Shown here: in pieces, positions 61,476 through 64,000 of the stretch | How the letters are laid out: each line of letters begins with the position of its first letter | Position numbering within the stretch: position 1 is the first letter of the stretch | NCBI GenBank assembly: GCA_963754925.1 | Contig: CAVWHX010000004.1 | Span: forward strand, 896,001-960,000 | DNA length: 64,000 nucleotides | From: an uncultured delta proteobacterium | GTDB lineage: Bacteria > Myxococcota > B64-G9 | Direction: 5' to 3' | Made by a program: the position numbers and the translations under genes | The notes under the pieces: generated by a model | What the model was told of the DNA's origin: nothing | The model's input: the letters and a program-made list of their open reading frames with translations, nothing else | Databases searched by the model: none

Positions 61476-61577
61476 GCTTTACCACCCCGGGCGAGCCGCG
61501 ACGCTTGACCTGGAGCCGCTGCGGTTCATCGATATGGTTAACTGCTGCACGGATGCGATCACGGTGTGTGCAGAGCC

Positions 61578-62870
61578 TCAGTCGACGATGGCGCGAATAA
61601 ACGATGTCGCCTCTAAAACGAAATCACAGCTATCAATTGCCGAGATGGCTTTACGAAAATCTGCCTCCCGCGCTGAATGGGTTAGTATCACCACGGGCAC
61701 GACGCCGTCCGGGCGTTTTTCTTTCTGGATCACCATCTGGATCGATATGCGGTTGCGGCCGAGCTCGGTGGCTATTCTGCCAAGCACCCCAAATTGGTCG
61801 GCAACATTAAAGCGTATGAAATAGTGCGTGTGCGTCTCGTCCATTGAAAGCACGCTGCCCGGTGCAGGAACGGCTACCCTCCCGCCAGCGGCGACGGCCG
61901 GCATCCGCCGCCATCGCGCAGCATCAATGATATCAGCGACCACGGCGCTGGCTGTCGGCATCTGCCCCGCGCCCCGTCCGTAGAACATCAGCCGACCGGC
62001 CGCATCGGCTTCGATCAACACGGCGTTGAAAGAACCGCTCACCGATGCCAAGGGATGATGTCGCTCGAGCAGCACCGGGTGGACCCTCAACTCAAAGCCA
62101 TTTTTCGAGTTTCGCCCGATGGCCAGTAGTTTAACCAGGTAGCCCATCTCGGTCGCGTACCGGATATCGTCCGGCTTGATCTTGCTTATCCCCTCAGTAT
62201 AGACGCCGCTCAGCGGAAATACGCGCCCAAAGGCCAGAGCCGCAAGCACCACGAGTTTATGGGCGCTATCGTGTCCCTCTATATCAAGGGTTGGATCCGC
62301 CTCGGCAAAACCTTGCCGCTGAGCATCCCGGAGGGCCGAGCTAAAATCGATACCCCGTTCGTTCATCGCGCTGAGGATAAAATTACAGGTGCCGTTGACG
62401 ATGCCCAAAAAAGACTCGATACGATTGGCGGCCAACCCCTCGCGAACCGATTTGAGCAGAGGAATGCCGCCGGCCACCGCCGCTTCGAAGAAAAGCGCTG
62501 ATCCGCCCGATGCGGTAACGTTTGTCAATTCACGAAAGCTCTCGGCTAAGAGATGTTTGTTTGCGGTAACAACGCTCTGACCATGAGCAAGCGCCCGCGT
62601 GATGAAACTGCGCGCCGGCTCAAGGCCGCCGATGAGCTCGACCACGATATCAATATCCTGCCTGGCAAGAAGCGCGTTGGCGTCAGGGGTGAAGATGTCT
62701 CTGGAAAGATTGAGTGCCGTGGCCCGTTCGGGTTTAACATCGGCGGCGGCAACCAACGCAAGATCGACACCGGTGCGCTGCGCGATTTCTGCCCGACGCT
62801 CCAACAATATCTTTGCTACACCGCTGCCGACGGTTCCGAGACCAATGATACCTACCGACACAGCACTCAT
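61578..62870 (-). CDS. hom: Homoserine dehydrogenase with C-terminal ACT domain
   Basis: GLGTVGSG, VELIGG, VTANK, EAAVAGGIP, NGTCNFIL, AEADP, GRGAG, ACT domain. Confidence 0.96.
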   Translation of the reverse strand: MSAVSVGIIGLGTVGSGVAKILLERRAEIAQRTGVDLALVAAADVKPERATALNLSRDIFTPDANALLARQDIDIVVELIGGLEPARSFITRALAHGQSVVTANKHLLAESFRELTNVTASGGSALFFEAAVAGGIPLLKSVREGLAANRIESFLGIVNGTCNFILSAMNERGIDFSSALRDAQRQGFAEADPTLDIEGHDSAHKLVVLAALAFGRVFPLSGVYTEGISKIKPDDIRYATEMGYLVKLLAIGRNSKNGFELRVHPVLLERHHPLASVSGSFNAVLIEADAAGRLMFYGRGAGQMPTASAVVADIIDAARWRRMPAVAAGGRVAVPAPGSVLSMDETHTHYFIRFNVADQFGVLGRIATELGRNRISIQMVIQKEKRPDGVVPVVILTHSAREADFRKAISAIDSCDFVLEATSFIRAIVD

Positions 62871-63982
62871 GGATGGCCTCCCTGTACCATCTCTCTGACA
62901 CAACCCGAGGCGACTGTAAAGCGTCTCGTTGAGCCATCCATAAGGCCCTGCAACAAGCTCTCGCTGGTGGTCGTGACCAGCACCTGTGAGCCCAGGCTTA
63001 ATACCTTTGTAAAAAGCAACGTTCTCCGCTGCTCATCGAGCTCGCTCCCGAAGTCATCGAGGAGGATCACCGGCGGATCCCCTCCCTCCGCCGACAGTTC
63101 TTCCACCACCGCGAGCAACAATGCGAGTGCCACCGCCCGCTGCTGCCCTTGAGATCCAAACTGACGTATTGACGCTTCAGAAAAGGTAACATCAAAGTCG
63201 TCGCTTTGGGGTCCGACGACCGCTATTCGGCGCTTCTGATCGTTTTGCTGCACCCGACGTAATTGGTACAATAAGTTCTGTACCTCATCACCGCCTTCCA
63301 TCGACCAACCAGGACAAAAACTAATATTAACCACCGACTGGACCCCAAATAATTCTAAAAGCAGCACAGTCGCTCTCGATGAAATTCTGTTCATTGCCCT
63401 CATGCGACCGGCCGAGACGGCAGCACCGCTTTTCGATAGTGTTTCGGTATAGCTGTCCAACAGCACCGGATCGGGTTTGATGGTTTCGCGCAGCAGACGG
63501 TTGCGGGATCGAAGAGCGGCGGAGAAGTCACGCACGGCAAGTAAATGTAAAGGCTCAAATAAAAATGCCGCCCGATCGAGGAATCGCCGCCGGAGGATCG
63601 GCGGTCCTTTGACCATGATCAAATCATCCGGAGTAAACGCGACGGCTTTGAGGGTGCCCAGGTACTCCGTTAAGGAATGCACCGGTCGCTCGCCGAACCA
63701 CATGCGTCGCCCGCCCGGCTCTATCAAAACCCTCAACCGCAGTGGCGAGCCGTGCATCATGACGACCCCGCGCACCTCGGCCGACGAAGACCCGTGTCGG
63801 ACCAGCTTCCGTATCGATGTTTGTCGAAATGATCTTAAACTCGAAAGAACATAACAAGCTTCAAGAAAATTTGTTTTGCCTTGTCCGTTGTCGCCGACCA
63901 ATACATTCATCCCTGGCGTAAGATCAATTTCTTGATCGACGAGGTTTCTAAACGCATGAAGATGGATGCTGGTTACAAACAA
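62867..63982 (-). CDS. recF: DNA replication/repair protein RecF
   Basis: FRN, GDNGQGKTNFLEA, RRRFLD, GSQGQQR, LLDD..SELD; TTG start. Confidence 0.95.
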   Translation of the reverse strand: MFVTSIHLHAFRNLVDQEIDLTPGMNVLVGDNGQGKTNFLEACYVLSSLRSFRQTSIRKLVRHGSSSAEVRGVVMMHGSPLRLRVLIEPGGRRMWFGERPVHSLTEYLGTLKAVAFTPDDLIMVKGPPILRRRFLDRAAFLFEPLHLLAVRDFSAALRSRNRLLRETIKPDPVLLDSYTETLSKSGAAVSAGRMRAMNRISSRATVLLLELFGVQSVVNISFCPGWSMEGGDEVQNLLYQLRRVQQNDQKRRIAVVGPQSDDFDVTFSEASIRQFGSQGQQRAVALALLLAVVEELSAEGGDPPVILLDDFGSELDEQRRTLLFTKVLSLGSQVLVTTTSESLLQGLMDGSTRRFTVASGCVREMVQGGHP

Positions 63983-64000
63983 AAGCCCTCGAGGTGCTCA

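Overview
A 64-kb chromosomal segment of a moderately GC-rich bacterium. Gene content (PilZ, receiver-DUF4388-J protein, PHA-system protein, VegA-like Zn motif, rubrerythrin, nifUS, long PurL plus PurQ) points to Myxococcota/Deltaproteobacteria, probably anaerobic or microaerobic (inference). Housekeeping genes: mfd, slyD, ogt, aconitase, icd, priA, pyrBI, RsmB-family methyltransferase, dacB, nagZ, purLQ, hom, recF. Accessory modules: (i) KamA aminomutase, two ATP-grasp ligases and a GNAT; (ii) nifU-nifS-rubrerythrin-ferritin-copZ-copA; (iii) CapA-MltB fusion, ECF sigma, anti-sigma and a Spy/ZraP-like protein; (iv) a rearranged Pel exopolysaccharide locus, pelDEFGAB. The Pel locus is the most interesting part. 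The PelA deacetylase domain appears inactivated by loss of its metal ligands. An intact Agd3-like (CE18) deacetylase follows pelB. PelD lacks its c-di-GMP-binding GGDEF domain, a stand-alone PilZ gene lies downstream, and no pelC is seen. Non-coding signals: a family of GAA-loop palindromic repeats, a 160-nt rod-like hairpin whose stem mismatches read as G-U on the minus strand, and a tandem duplicated ~130-bp promoter/palindrome/small-ORF unit upstream of pelD. Three or four +1 A frameshifts in housekeeping genes are probably sequencing errors. All family calls come from motif recognition by eye; no database was searched.
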